A stretch of 64,000 bases of DNA from Alphaproteobacteria bacterium. GTDB taxonomy: Bacteria; Pseudomonadota; Alphaproteobacteria; MPNO01; UBA830. The notes under the pieces were generated by a model. That model saw only the letters and a program-made list of their open reading frames with translations, did not search any database and was not told the origin of the DNA. Position numbers and translations under genes: made by a program. The DNA is taken from contig OZ251539.1 of assembly GCA_965243135.1 (NCBI GenBank), positions 3,680,001-3,744,000 on the forward strand. The letters are read 5' to 3'. Each line of letters starts with the position of its first letter. Positions within the stretch are counted from its first letter, which is position 1. Positions 1 through 9,748 of the stretch are shown here, in pieces.

Positions 1-719
1 GGCGCGGAAGGGTTGTACGACCGCCGCCTGGGCCGGGTCTCGGCGCGCCGGGCCGGCGCGGACGAGGTGGCGCAGGTTCTGGAATTGTTCGACACCCGGT
101 ACTGGGACTTCAACGCCAGACACTTTCACGAGAAGCTGGTCGCCTGCCATGGCGTCCGGCGCAGCTACGTCCGGCTGACCTTGCAGGCCCATGGCCGCGT
201 GCGAGCCGCGCCGCGCCGCGGCGCCCACCGGCGCAAGCGCCCGCGGCGGGCGCTGCCCGGCGCTGCACCAGGACGGCTCGCGCCACGAGTGGGTGTCCGG
301 TCGGCAGTGGGCGTCACCATGGACGACCCCGCCCGAGGGGGTCGGCCTTCGTGCCCTTCGCCGGCACCCTGGACGACATCCTCTGCGTCCACGAGGAGCG
401 TCTCGAACGACACGCGGTACAAGGGACGCACCCTGCAGATCCCGGCCGACCGCCACCACTACGTCAAGGCCAGGGTCCGGGTCCACGAGTACCCCGACCA
501 CACCCTTGCCGTCTTCCACGGCCCCGGACGCCTCGCTCTCTACCGGGCCGACGGGGCTCCGACCGCAACCCGGAAGGCCGCGTGACCCGCTTCGACGCGA
601 TCCTCCGGAGGCCTGAAGTGGACAGCCGCTTCGCGCCTGACCACTTCCCCACAGGCCCAACCACCACAACGGAAGCGGTCAATTAATTTGGTACTTACCA
701 GTTCAAAATGTTCTTGACA
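1..719 (+). mobile_element. Degenerate IS1202/IS481-like (ISNCY) element, 3' part
   Basis: Fragments YDRRLGRVSARRA..., HFHEKL, LHQDGSRHEW and HYVKARVRVHEYPD lie in shifting frames; the element ends ...tgttcttgaca at 719 (TGT/ACA-type end). Confidence 0.7.
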
Positions 720-735
720 CACGATATTAGGATGA

Positions 736-1150
736 ATGCACGGCCGGTCTTTCCTACGCGACGACGTCAAGGGCGTCGACAAGGTCGTCCAGGCGATCCG
801 CCATCCCCGCAACAAGGCGACCGACGCTCAAGATTCTTGGCCGCGAGCTTGCTTCCGCAAGAACAGGGGCGCGCTACGCAAGCCTCAAAACCAAGGGCTA
901 CCCGGTCGGGCCGGGCGTCGTGGAGGCCGCCCACAAGGTACTGGTCAACCAGCGCATGAAACGGGCCGGTCAGCGTTGGAGTATGCGGTCAGAACGTCCT
1001 TACCTTCGCGGTATCGGGCCGCTTCGACGCCGCATGGCGGGCGATGACCGGAACGCATGCCGCAAACGAAAACCGGGTGCCGAATGCCGTCGCTGCCTGA
1101 CCGAGGGAATCCTTTTTGTGGAACAAAACAGGATTTTACAATCTGCACCC
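736..1150 (+). mobile_element. Relic 3' end of an ISKra4/ISLre2-like element
   Basis: DDVKGVDKV and VEAAHKVLVNQRMKRAGQRWS match the copy at ~36380-36600; same terminus atctgcaccc (1141-1150 vs 36775-36784). Confidence 0.7.
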
Positions 1151-1159
1151 GTGCGCAGT

Positions 1160-1876
1160 CTAAAGATCAATCAATTGTTTTATCCTTATATCAACTCCCT
1201 TCTTTCCATACTCCCGCCCATGATAAGAAGGATGTGCCAATTTTACAATAACAACTTTTTTTGATATATTAGGTATCGTTACACGCTCAGCGTAATACAA
1301 ATCTATTCGTTTTCCTCGATGACACGTTTTGATCGATTTGCTAATCTTTTTACTGTCAACTACATTCATTGTACGTTTGAATTCTGTCAAAATACTCCCT
1401 TCTAAAATTACTAGTTTTGGCTGTACAATTTCACCAATTTTTCTAATAAAAGGCGCTGCCTCTTTATACCCCTCATTGAGGGTCATTTGATTAATTTTCT
1501 TAAATAAATCTGTGTTAGGAGAACGACGAAAGGCCAAATTTGTTTTCACCACTTTCCTTCTAATTTTTTTCCTGTCTCCCAGAATTTTTGCGAGAAGATC
1601 GACGATTTCGTTTTCAGGCCAGCAGCAATCTAGCATACTGTGTTCGCCTTTCTCATAATAACCTGCAGATGCTGCACCTCGCGTCTTTGGATCATTTTTC
1701 AGTCGTACTCCATCTGGATAATAATTTGAGGGACAACCACCCGGATTTATCCCTAAAATAAGAATCGGTGCGGGCCATATACGTGTATAATACATCGCAT
1801 AATCCGAACGATCTTTAAGACAGGATTGCTCACGATACTGCATTTCCATTTCTTCCATCATCTTGGTATAATTCAT
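1160..1876 (-). CDS. Uracil-DNA glycosylase superfamily-like protein
   Basis: 238 aa, AT-rich; motif A-like ILILGINPGG, a TNL segment and C-terminal LAHPS. Confidence 0.55.
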   Translation of the reverse strand: MNYTKMMEEMEMQYREQSCLKDRSDYAMYYTRIWPAPILILGINPGGCPSNYYPDGVRLKNDPKTRGAASAGYYEKGEHSMLDCCWPENEIVDLLAKILGDRKKIRRKVVKTNLAFRRSPNTDLFKKINQMTLNEGYKEAAPFIRKIGEIVQPKLVILEGSILTEFKRTMNVVDSKKISKSIKTCHRGKRIDLYYAERVTIPNISKKVVIVKLAHPSYHGREYGKKGVDIRIKQLIDL

Positions 1877-1949
1877 GGTGATACTCTCCTAATCATGACC
1901 ACCATTCGTGCAACACAGCTAAAACTAGCGTTATGTCCCTTAAATGGAT

Positions 1950-2900
1950 ACCTGCTATCAACTCCGAAATGCAATACCGGTGGTCGGCAATCCCTGTCGC
2001 CAAGGCAGTATGGGGATGGGTTGGCCGGTGAGTCAAGGCACTGGGGCGGCAGGGGCGAACGCCCCCGTCGCAGCAAAAAAATCCCTCCCTGCCCCGTGGC
2101 CGGGCCGACGCGCAGAGCGCGGGCCGCTGCAGCCCGGCGACAGCCTTACCGGCTGCGCCCACGAAGCCGATCCCTTTTCGCGGCCGGTTGTTGAGCAGGG
2201 TCTCGACACGCTTGAGTTCGGCGGGGTTCAGCTTGCGAAAGTCGGTCGGCTTCGGGAAGTACTAGCGGACTAGCTCGTTCGTGTGCTCGTTTAAGCTGCG
2301 CTCCTAGGAATGGTACGGCTGCGCGAAGAAGAACAATGCTTCCCCTGGCAACCACCCTGTGGGCCGCAAACTTCTTGCCATTATCGGTCGTGTGCACGAA
2401 CTCCTTGTACATGCCACTTGTGCGGCCCGTTTCCTTGGCCGTCCTACCGCCGAGCAGGCCAGCAACGTGAACTTGGAGGCGCGGTCCACCAGCGACAGCA
2501 CAGCGCCTCGGTGGCGCAAACCCGTGTCGCCCTCCCAGTCCCCGACCCGCGACTTCTCCTCGACGATCTCCGGGCGTATGTCCACCCGACCGGGAATCCA
2601 GCCGCGGCCCGCCTGCCCTTTGGCGCGCGAGTTCCTCTTCTTGCCGCGCCGCTGGTCGGAACAACGTTCCGCCAGCCTCCCGATCCTTCCACACATGTTT
2701 GCCACTCGTGGCGCTCGACCCTCAGGGCGCAGGCGTCCCAAGATTTGTTCCGGACTCCACTGCAGGGCCAGCTTCTCGTCGACTTCGCCCCACCGCTCCG
2801 GGGTCCCGAAGCCGCGCTGCGGCGCTCGGCCACCAGCCGGTCGGCCTGCTCGAAGCCTTAGTCACGCTGGCCCGCGTCGCGGGTCAGTTCGCGGCTGGAG
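1950..2900 (-). mobile_element. IS30 family element, pseudogenised
   Basis: Fragments RVGDWEGDT, LSLVDRASKFT, TTDNGK, FAQPYHS and LNNRPRK with frameshifts and stops; IS30-like terminus ggtattgcatttcggagttgatag (minus strand, ~1955-1978). Confidence 0.8.
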
Positions 2901-3089
2901 GGGTCGCGGCCGAACCGCCTCGCTATCGCGGCCCCGATTCGCCGCATTCCTTCGTCATCTGGCGACGTTCGTCGCGGGTCAGGTAATGGTAGGCGTTGGC
3001 TCGGAATAAATCTTGACATTGCCTACCTACAGGAGCATGTTTCTAATTGGCGCTCCGCGCTATGTCGATATTTAGCAGGATACACGGCT

Positions 3090-3212
3090 ATGAAAAAACG
3101 CTGTTCGGGCAGGAAAAAAAGGGTCATTCGCCGCTCTGCCATCACAGGGCGATTCGTGTCCAAGCGAACGACAAGGCGGTACCCGAGAACCACCATCACA
3201 GAACGGCGGTAA
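3090..3212 (+). CDS. 40-aa basic peptide MKKRCSGRKKRVIRRSAITGRFVSKRTTRRYPRTTITERR
   Basis: ATG 3090 to TAA 3212, AGGA upstream, TTGACA at 3013, hairpin downstream; below the ORF-track cutoff. Confidence 0.6.
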   Translation: MKKRCSGRKKRVIRRSAITGRFVSKRTTRRYPRTTITERR

Positions 3213-3348
3213 CGTTCGTCTGCAAGATGGCCGGCGAGTTTCCTCGGCCTTCGCTGATCTGATTCACAGCGAGTAACACTTCAATTTTGCCGCCACTCCT
3301 CCTCGCGCCGCTGTCGGCGCTCGTGGACGACGACGAGAGCGACGACAC

Positions 3349-3459
3349 CTCCACGGTTTCGACTCCATAGCCGCCCGTGAGCGCACGCCACGAACCGACC
3401 CGGTAGGACTCCAGGATGACGTTCGTGTCCACGAACACAGGGCCACGGTGTCGCGCCAC
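3349..3459 (-). pseudogene. Truncated PIN-like domain protein
   Basis: GTG start directly after the XRE-ImmA stop; VFVDTNVILE PIN N-terminal motif; degenerates into a Ser-rich run after VETVE. Confidence 0.6.
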
Positions 3460-3460
3460 T

Positions 3461-4567
3461 TCACAGATCGACTGGAAGCGCGACGCCATGCGCCGCGAAC
3501 AAATCCGCCAAGTCCTCGACGGTCAGATCGAGCAGGCCGGCGACGCGGCGGAGCGAGACATGGCCCCCGCCGATGGCGAGAACGAGAACCTCGACGAAAG
3601 GCTTGGAGAACAAGGCGGGCAACGCGTCCTCCATGACATCGTGTCCGTTGTTGCGCAGGGCTGCCTCGGGCAATGAACGCGCCGTGGCTGGCTTCATCTC
3701 GCCGAGCGCGACCAGCCGCCACCGCAATGCCGAAGACGTCACGTGGAGCTCGTCCGCCGCAGCGTTCAGCCGCGCGATCAACTCTTTTTCTGTGAGGTCC
3801 GACCAATCGCCGAACCGCTCCAGCGCGCTGGCTGGCATGAGCGCCGCCGCCGCGAAATTGTTGGCGAGCTGCTCCACACGGTTGCCTCCGGTCTCCCTTG
3901 CCTCCTCGGAGTGCTCGGGCGGCATCGCGTCCCAAGTCAGGAGGTGGAACAACTCGTGGGCAAGGTCGAAATGGCGGCGACCGATGATCTCGCGGCGCGC
4001 GATCAACACCGCGTCCAATTCAGGCAAGCGGCAAGCCGCGCCCGAGATACCGTCATGGGCATCGACCATGAGAACCAGGATGCCGAGCTCCCGCTCCATG
4101 ACCTCCGCCAGACCGATCGCCGGCGTTTCGCCAAGGCCGAACTCGGCGACGAACCGCTCCCCGGCCAGCATGGCGTCCTCGAAACGGGAATGCCGGGCAA
4201 GACCCAGCGCCCGGCGCATGAGCGGAGTCTCGCGCCCGACCCGCGGCGCCAAAGCGCGGAACGCGGCGATCCAGCGTCCGGCATCGCGTTCGTATTCACG
4301 GAGCCGGTCTGCTCCGACGCCTGTCTGCCGCCACGAAAAGCGGCCTTCGCCGACGAGCCGGAACGGATCAGTGAAATAGTCCAGCGGCGCGCACAGCTTC
4401 TCGACCGCGAGCACCAGTTCATCCGCCGTCACGCGGCGTGCGCCGGTCTCGATCGCGGATATGGTCTGCCGATCCTTGAAACCGAACAACTGAGCGAGAT
4501 CGTCTTGGGAGAGCTTGCGCTCTTCGCGCAGAGCCTTGATCCGTGCGCCGATAAGCCGCGTCGTCAC
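3461..4567 (-). CDS. XRE-family HTH + ImmA/IrrE metallopeptidase
   Basis: RIKALREERKLSQDDLA...ISAIETG HTH; FDLAHELFH (HExxH); EQLANNFAAAALMP; GAGGAGG RBS before GTG. Confidence 0.92.
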   Translation of the reverse strand: MTTRLIGARIKALREERKLSQDDLAQLFGFKDRQTISAIETGARRVTADELVLAVEKLCAPLDYFTDPFRLVGEGRFSWRQTGVGADRLREYERDAGRWIAAFRALAPRVGRETPLMRRALGLARHSRFEDAMLAGERFVAEFGLGETPAIGLAEVMERELGILVLMVDAHDGISGAACRLPELDAVLIARREIIGRRHFDLAHELFHLLTWDAMPPEHSEEARETGGNRVEQLANNFAAAALMPASALERFGDWSDLTEKELIARLNAAADELHVTSSALRWRLVALGEMKPATARSLPEAALRNNGHDVMEDALPALFSKPFVEVLVLAIGGGHVSLRRVAGLLDLTVEDLADLFAAHGVALPVDL

Positions 4568-5922
4568 CGGAACCTCCTCGCTGCATAGGTTATTGCAATC
4601 TGGACCATGCAAGTAATTTAAGCAATCTCGTCTCTGCTGGCAACGGAAAATCCGATTTCCGCAGGACGAATCCGAGAACGGGGCGATTGAGGAAGGCGTG
4701 CATTGCCAGGAGCCGCCCGCGAGGCGGCGGCTGACCTGCCCGTCCTTCGGCCTGTACTGAATGGACGATACCGTCGGCGAGGTCGGCCAGATGCGGAAGC
4801 CGAAAACCCGGAACTTGCAGCGCGCGAGTTGCTTGAGAGCGCTGCTGGAACGGGTCGGAACGCATGCCGACACGTTCGGGGAACGGCGCGCCGAGCGGCG
4901 CAGGACGCTCGAAGGCCTGAACATGGCGACGGAGCGCGAGCGTTCGAACGCCGCCGGTTTTGGGCCGCTGGTTGCGTTGTCCGGTGCCGGCCGCGTGCTG
5001 CGGAAACCGCGGCGCATCGGCGCCCGGTCGAGCGGGACGGCAGGTCGGCCCGGAGATCCTGTTGTGCGTTCGCTTCGGCTGCGCTCCCCCTGCAGCGAAT
5101 GCTCCTTGCGGCCCTTCCGCGCCGCTTCGGCATCTTGACTCGTCGGCAGACCCATACTAACTGCGCGCAGAGACCGCCGTGCGCCCGCGTCGCGCTTGGG
5201 CGTCGAGAGAGGGCGGCAAAACCGCATGGACCTTGAGTGGGCGCTCCGGGGGTACGAAAACCCTGCGCCGCCTGTTGGCGGTCGCAAACGCTGCGAGCGC
5301 GCGGTCTTCGGGCGAATCGTTGAGCGGCGGATCGGCGGAAGCATTGGAAACCGCCTGCGTTCAGCGTGCCACGGCTGGCTCGCGATGTCCGCGCCGGAAG
5401 GGTGAAAGCGCCCAACTCGATCGGCGCCGCCGAGGGCGGCGGCGAGACGCGCATCGGCCGAGGCCGCCATACCGCGGCGAGCCCGGGATGCCGCCGACTT
5501 GCCTGCGCCGGACCCTTCGCGGCGACGAACGATGCGCGGAAACGCGCAACTGGTTTCTCCGCGACGAATCCGCGGACGGACGACAATTTCCGGGGTTCGT
5601 CGCCGCGCCGGCAATGGCGCATTGCGGCCCTTCGCTTTCCGCGGAATCCTGCCCGCGGCGCGCCCTTCGAGCCACTGTCTTGCCGACCGTGCGCTCGCCG
5701 GCGGCCGGCCCGCTCGCCGGCGACTCCGTCCGGCGCGGGCGCAGGACGGTTTTCTAGCGTCGTTTTCTTCGCTCGCCTGCGCCCCCGAAACGCCGGAACC
5801 GCGCGTGACGGGATCGGTTCCGCCGCGCCGAAAAGCGAACTCGCGAGGGCTCCGGGGGTCGGCGCGCTCTCCTCAGGCAGGTGCGCCTGCCGTTCCGCTC
5901 CCGCGTCCCCGGAGCGGACGCC

Positions 5923-7221
5923 GTGACGGCGGACCGCCGCGCCGGCATGCGGACGCGCACGTACGCGCTTGCGGCGCTGCGCGATATCCTCGACCGGGGC
6001 CGGACGCTGGACGGCGTTCTCTCGTCGAACCCGCAGCCCCGGGACGCCCGGGACAGGGCTTTCGCCCGCAACCTCGTGGCGACCGCGCTCCGCCGGCTGG
6101 GCCAGATCGACGCGATCCTGAATTCCTGCCTCGAGCGCCCGTTGCCGGATTCGGCCGCCGCGGCGCGCAATGCGCTGCGATTGGGCGTCTGCCAGATCCT
6201 GTTCCTCGATACGCCCGCCCATGCCGCGGTGAACACGTCGGTCGCTCTCGCGGCGCGTCACGGACCGGAGCGGTTCGCCAGACTCGTCAACGCCGTCTTG
6301 CGGCGCGTCGCGAGCGATGCCGCAGGCCTCCCCGCCCGATACCCGCCCGAACTGAACGCTCCGGATTGGCTGCGGCAGTCCTGGAAGCGCGCTTACGGAG
6401 AAAGGACCGCGGAACTGATCGCCGCCGCGCATCTGGTGCCGCCGCCCTTGGACGTCACCGTGAAGAGCGACGCGGCCAAATGGGCCGATCAGTTGGGCGG
6501 AGACCGTCTGTACGGCGCCACGGTGCGTCTTCCGGCAGGCGACGTGCCCGCCCTGCCCGGTTACGCGGACGGCGCCTGGTGGGTGCAGGATCTGGCGGCC
6601 GCCCTGCCGGCGCGGCTTCTCGTGGCGGCGACCGGCGCGGACGCGCAGGTATGCGACATGTGCGCCGCGCCGGGCGGCAAGACGGCGCAACTGGCCGCCG
6701 CAGGCCTGGACGTCGTCGCGCTCGACGCGTCCGGGCGCCGCCTGAAGATGCTTGCCGACAATTTGAGGCGCCTGCGCCTGAAGGCGCGGTTGGTCGAAGC
6801 CGACGCGGCGGACTGGAAGCCGTCGCGCGCTTTCGACGGCGTGTTGCTCGATGCGCCGTGCGCCGCCACCGGAACGATAAGGCGCCGCCCGGACGTGCCG
6901 TGGCTCAAGACGAGCGGCGACGTCGCGCGCATGGCGGAACTCCAGAAAAAATTGCTCCGGGCCGCGATCGATCTCGCCGCGCCGGGCCGGCCGGTTTTCT
7001 ACAGCGTCTGCTCGCTCGAACCCGAGGAATGCGCGGACGTCGTCGACGAACTCCTCCGCGACCGCCCGGACGTCGCGCGCGACCCGGTTCGCAGGGAAGA
7101 ACTGGACGGCTTGCCGGTCGATATCACGGAAAGCGGAGACGTCAGGACGCTTCCCTGTCATCTCGCCGACCGCGTCGGCATGGACGGCTTTTTCGTCTCC
7201 CGCCTCCGCAGACACCGTTGA
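5923..7221 (+). CDS. rsmB: RsmB/NOP-family RNA m5C methyltransferase
   Basis: NusB-like N-terminus, WWVQD, DMCAAPGGKT, LLDAPC, YSVCSL. Confidence 0.88.
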   Translation: MTADRRAGMRTRTYALAALRDILDRGRTLDGVLSSNPQPRDARDRAFARNLVATALRRLGQIDAILNSCLERPLPDSAAAARNALRLGVCQILFLDTPAHAAVNTSVALAARHGPERFARLVNAVLRRVASDAAGLPARYPPELNAPDWLRQSWKRAYGERTAELIAAAHLVPPPLDVTVKSDAAKWADQLGGDRLYGATVRLPAGDVPALPGYADGAWWVQDLAAALPARLLVAATGADAQVCDMCAAPGGKTAQLAAAGLDVVALDASGRRLKMLADNLRRLRLKARLVEADAADWKPSRAFDGVLLDAPCAATGTIRRRPDVPWLKTSGDVARMAELQKKLLRAAIDLAAPGRPVFYSVCSLEPEECADVVDELLRDRPDVARDPVRREELDGLPVDITESGDVRTLPCHLADRVGMDGFFVSRLRRHR

Positions 7222-7447
7222 CGGCCGGAGCGCCGCCCGCGCGCTTGCCGTCGGGGGCGCAAGCTGATAGGTAACGTCGCCGGCATGCGCCGTCCGCTCG
7301 CGTTTCGCCGCCCGGCGCTCGCGGCGGAACGGCCTCCCGGATGACACCCCCGCGGGGACGGGAACAGCCGATGACGCGGCAATCCGCACCAGCCAAAGCT
7401 TGGAAACCGGGCGCTTCGTCCGCGCCCCGCGCCCGGACCTGATCGCG

Positions 7448-8134
7448 GTGCAGCAGGCCGTCAGAATCGCCCCGTCCATCCTGTCCGCCGATTTCGCCGC
7501 GCTCGGCGAGGAAGTGCGCGCCGTCACGGAGGCGGGCGCCGATTACATCCATGTCGACGTCATGGACGGGCATTTCGTTCCCAACATCACCGTCGGCCCC
7601 GACGTCGTCCGGGCGCTTCGCCGGTTCAGCGAACGGCCCTTCGACGTGCATTTGATGATTTCTCCCGCGGACCCCTATATCGTTCCCTTCGCCGAGGCGG
7701 GCGCCGACATCATCACGGTGCACCCGGAAGCCGGCCCGCATCTGCATCGGACCATCCAGCTCGTCAAATCCTGCGGCAAGAAGGCCGGCGTGGCGCTCAA
7801 CCCGGCGACGCCGGCGTCGGCCGCGCTGGAGGTTCTCGAGGAGATAGACCTCGCGCTGGTGATGAGCGTCAATCCCGGATTCGGGGGACAGGCGTTCCTT
7901 CCCGGCGCCGTCGGAAAGCTCCGCGCGCTGCGGCAGGCCATCGACGCGTCGGGCCGCGACATCGACCTCGAGGTCGACGGCGGCATCGACCCCCGCGCCG
8001 CGGGTCTGGCGATCGCCGCCGGCGCGGACGTGCTGGTGGCGGGAACGGCGACCTTCGAAGGAGGGGCCGGAAGGTACGCGGACAACATCCGCAGACTCCG
8101 CGACGCGCGCGCGGACGTTTGCGAACCGCGATGA
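7448..8134 (+). CDS. rpe: Ribulose-phosphate 3-epimerase
   Basis: IAPSILSADF, HVDVMDGHFVPNIT, MSVNPGFGGQ, EVDGG. Confidence 0.97.
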   Translation: MQQAVRIAPSILSADFAALGEEVRAVTEAGADYIHVDVMDGHFVPNITVGPDVVRALRRFSERPFDVHLMISPADPYIVPFAEAGADIITVHPEAGPHLHRTIQLVKSCGKKAGVALNPATPASAALEVLEEIDLALVMSVNPGFGGQAFLPGAVGKLRALRQAIDASGRDIDLEVDGGIDPRAAGLAIAAGADVLVAGTATFEGGAGRYADNIRRLRDARADVCEPR

Positions 8135-9744
8135 CCGCCGGCCGCGCTCTGCGCAACGCATGCCACCGGGGCGCGCGGCTCTGGTTTCGCGGCTTCTTCT
8201 ACCCGAACACGCTTCGTTGCCGACGCCCGGACGGCCTGCTCCTCGCGCCGGACGACAACTGGCCGGGCGACCCCCGGCGAGGGCGGCTCGTGCTCGACGG
8301 CCGGTTTCGTTTTCTCGGACGCACGCTGAAGGGGCAGGACGTCCTCTCGGGAGCCGCGAGGCCCGGCGCGGCGTGGACGGCCGATTTCCACAGCTTCGCC
8401 TGGCTGCGTGATCTCCGCGCGGTGGGAACGGATTCGGCCCGGACGCGCGGCGCGGCGCTGCTGAGCGCCTGGATCGAACGAAACGCGAGATGGCGGCCTG
8501 TCTCCTGGCGCCCGGACGTGTTGTCCGACCGCATCTGCAACTGGCTGACCCACGCCGAGTTCTTCGAGGCGAACGCCGAGGCGGACTTCCTGAACAGTCT
8601 GGCGAGGCAGGTCAAGCATCTCTATCGCGTGTCCCGTTTCGTCGATCGGGATCTGGACCGGATGATCGTTCTGAAGGCCCAGATATACGCCGCCCTGTGC
8701 CTGCCCGGCGGCGGCGGGCAATTGCCGAAGCTGTTGCGCCGACTGTCGCAGGTCTGCGACCGGCAACTGCTGCCGGACGGCGGACACGTCATGCGGAGTC
8801 CCGCCGCGCAGTTGACTGCGCTGCGGCATCTGGTGGACGCGAAGTCGCTCATCGGCGCGGCCCGCGGCGACGAACCGGAGGAACTGCAGGACGCGGTCGA
8901 ACGCGCGGCGGCGATGGTCAGGTTCTTCCGTCACGGCGACGGAGGCATGGCGCTGTTCAACGGCGCGAACGAAGGCGAAGCCCCGACGACCGACGCCGTG
9001 CTGTCGCGCGCCGGGGCGCCGGGCGAGCCGCCCGCTTCCGCCCCGGATACCGGCTTCGAGCGCGTTTCCGCGAACCGCACGCTGTTGATCGTCGATGCCG
9101 GGCCGCCCGTTCGGGACGCGCCGGACGCTCACGCCGGAACGCTGAGTTTCGAGATGAGCGTCGGCGAGCAGCGCATCGTCGTCAATTGCGGCGCCTACGA
9201 CGGCATGGACGACGATTGGCGGCTCGCCCAGCGCGCGACCGCCGCTCATTCGACGGTCACCGTCGACGACCGCAACCTTTCGGTGCTGCGCGAGGACGGA
9301 ACGCTCGGCCCCGGTCCCGAATCGGTGACCTGCGAGCGCCTCGACTCGGACGACGGCACCTTGCTCGAAATGAGTCACGACGGATACCTGCGAAGCCGCG
9401 GGCCGAGCCATCGGCGCCGCATCTTCGTCGACGCCTCGGGAGAGGACGTCCGCGGCGAGGACACGCTGAGCGGCGCCGGTGCGCACAAGTTCGCGATCCG
9501 GTTTCACCTCCACCCCGCCGTCAAGGCGTCTCTCGTCAACAGCGGCGCCTCGGTGCTGTTGCGGCTGTCGGACGGCGCGGGATGGTGCCTGCGATGCGGA
9601 GGCGGAACCGCCAGCCTGCAGGAAAGCGTTTACCTCGGAAAGGCCGACGAAATCCGCCGGAGCGAGCAAATCGTCATCGACGGCGCGACGCAGCAGGGCG
9701 GCGCCCGCGTCAAATGGGCGATCGCAAAGCTGAAAGGCGGCTGA
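8131..9744 (+). CDS. Heparinase II/III family protein
   Basis: QLLPDGGH..RSP, FFRHGDGGMALFNG, HAGTLSFEMS, ATAAHSTV; ATGA overlap with rpe. Confidence 0.88.
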   Translation: MTAGRALRNACHRGARLWFRGFFYPNTLRCRRPDGLLLAPDDNWPGDPRRGRLVLDGRFRFLGRTLKGQDVLSGAARPGAAWTADFHSFAWLRDLRAVGTDSARTRGAALLSAWIERNARWRPVSWRPDVLSDRICNWLTHAEFFEANAEADFLNSLARQVKHLYRVSRFVDRDLDRMIVLKAQIYAALCLPGGGGQLPKLLRRLSQVCDRQLLPDGGHVMRSPAAQLTALRHLVDAKSLIGAARGDEPEELQDAVERAAAMVRFFRHGDGGMALFNGANEGEAPTTDAVLSRAGAPGEPPASAPDTGFERVSANRTLLIVDAGPPVRDAPDAHAGTLSFEMSVGEQRIVVNCGAYDGMDDDWRLAQRATAAHSTVTVDDRNLSVLREDGTLGPGPESVTCERLDSDDGTLLEMSHDGYLRSRGPSHRRRIFVDASGEDVRGEDTLSGAGAHKFAIRFHLHPAVKASLVNSGASVLLRLSDGAGWCLRCGGGTASLQESVYLGKADEIRRSEQIVIDGATQQGGARVKWAIAKLKGG

Positions 9745-9748
9745 TCCG

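Noticed and set aside
4600-5900. Long overlapping ORFs, including the N-terminal extension of 3461..5614 and ORF 4618..7527
   Set aside because: Arg/Ala/Pro-rich frames typical of high-GC non-coding or antisense DNA; no motif recognised; the real XRE start with RBS is at 4567
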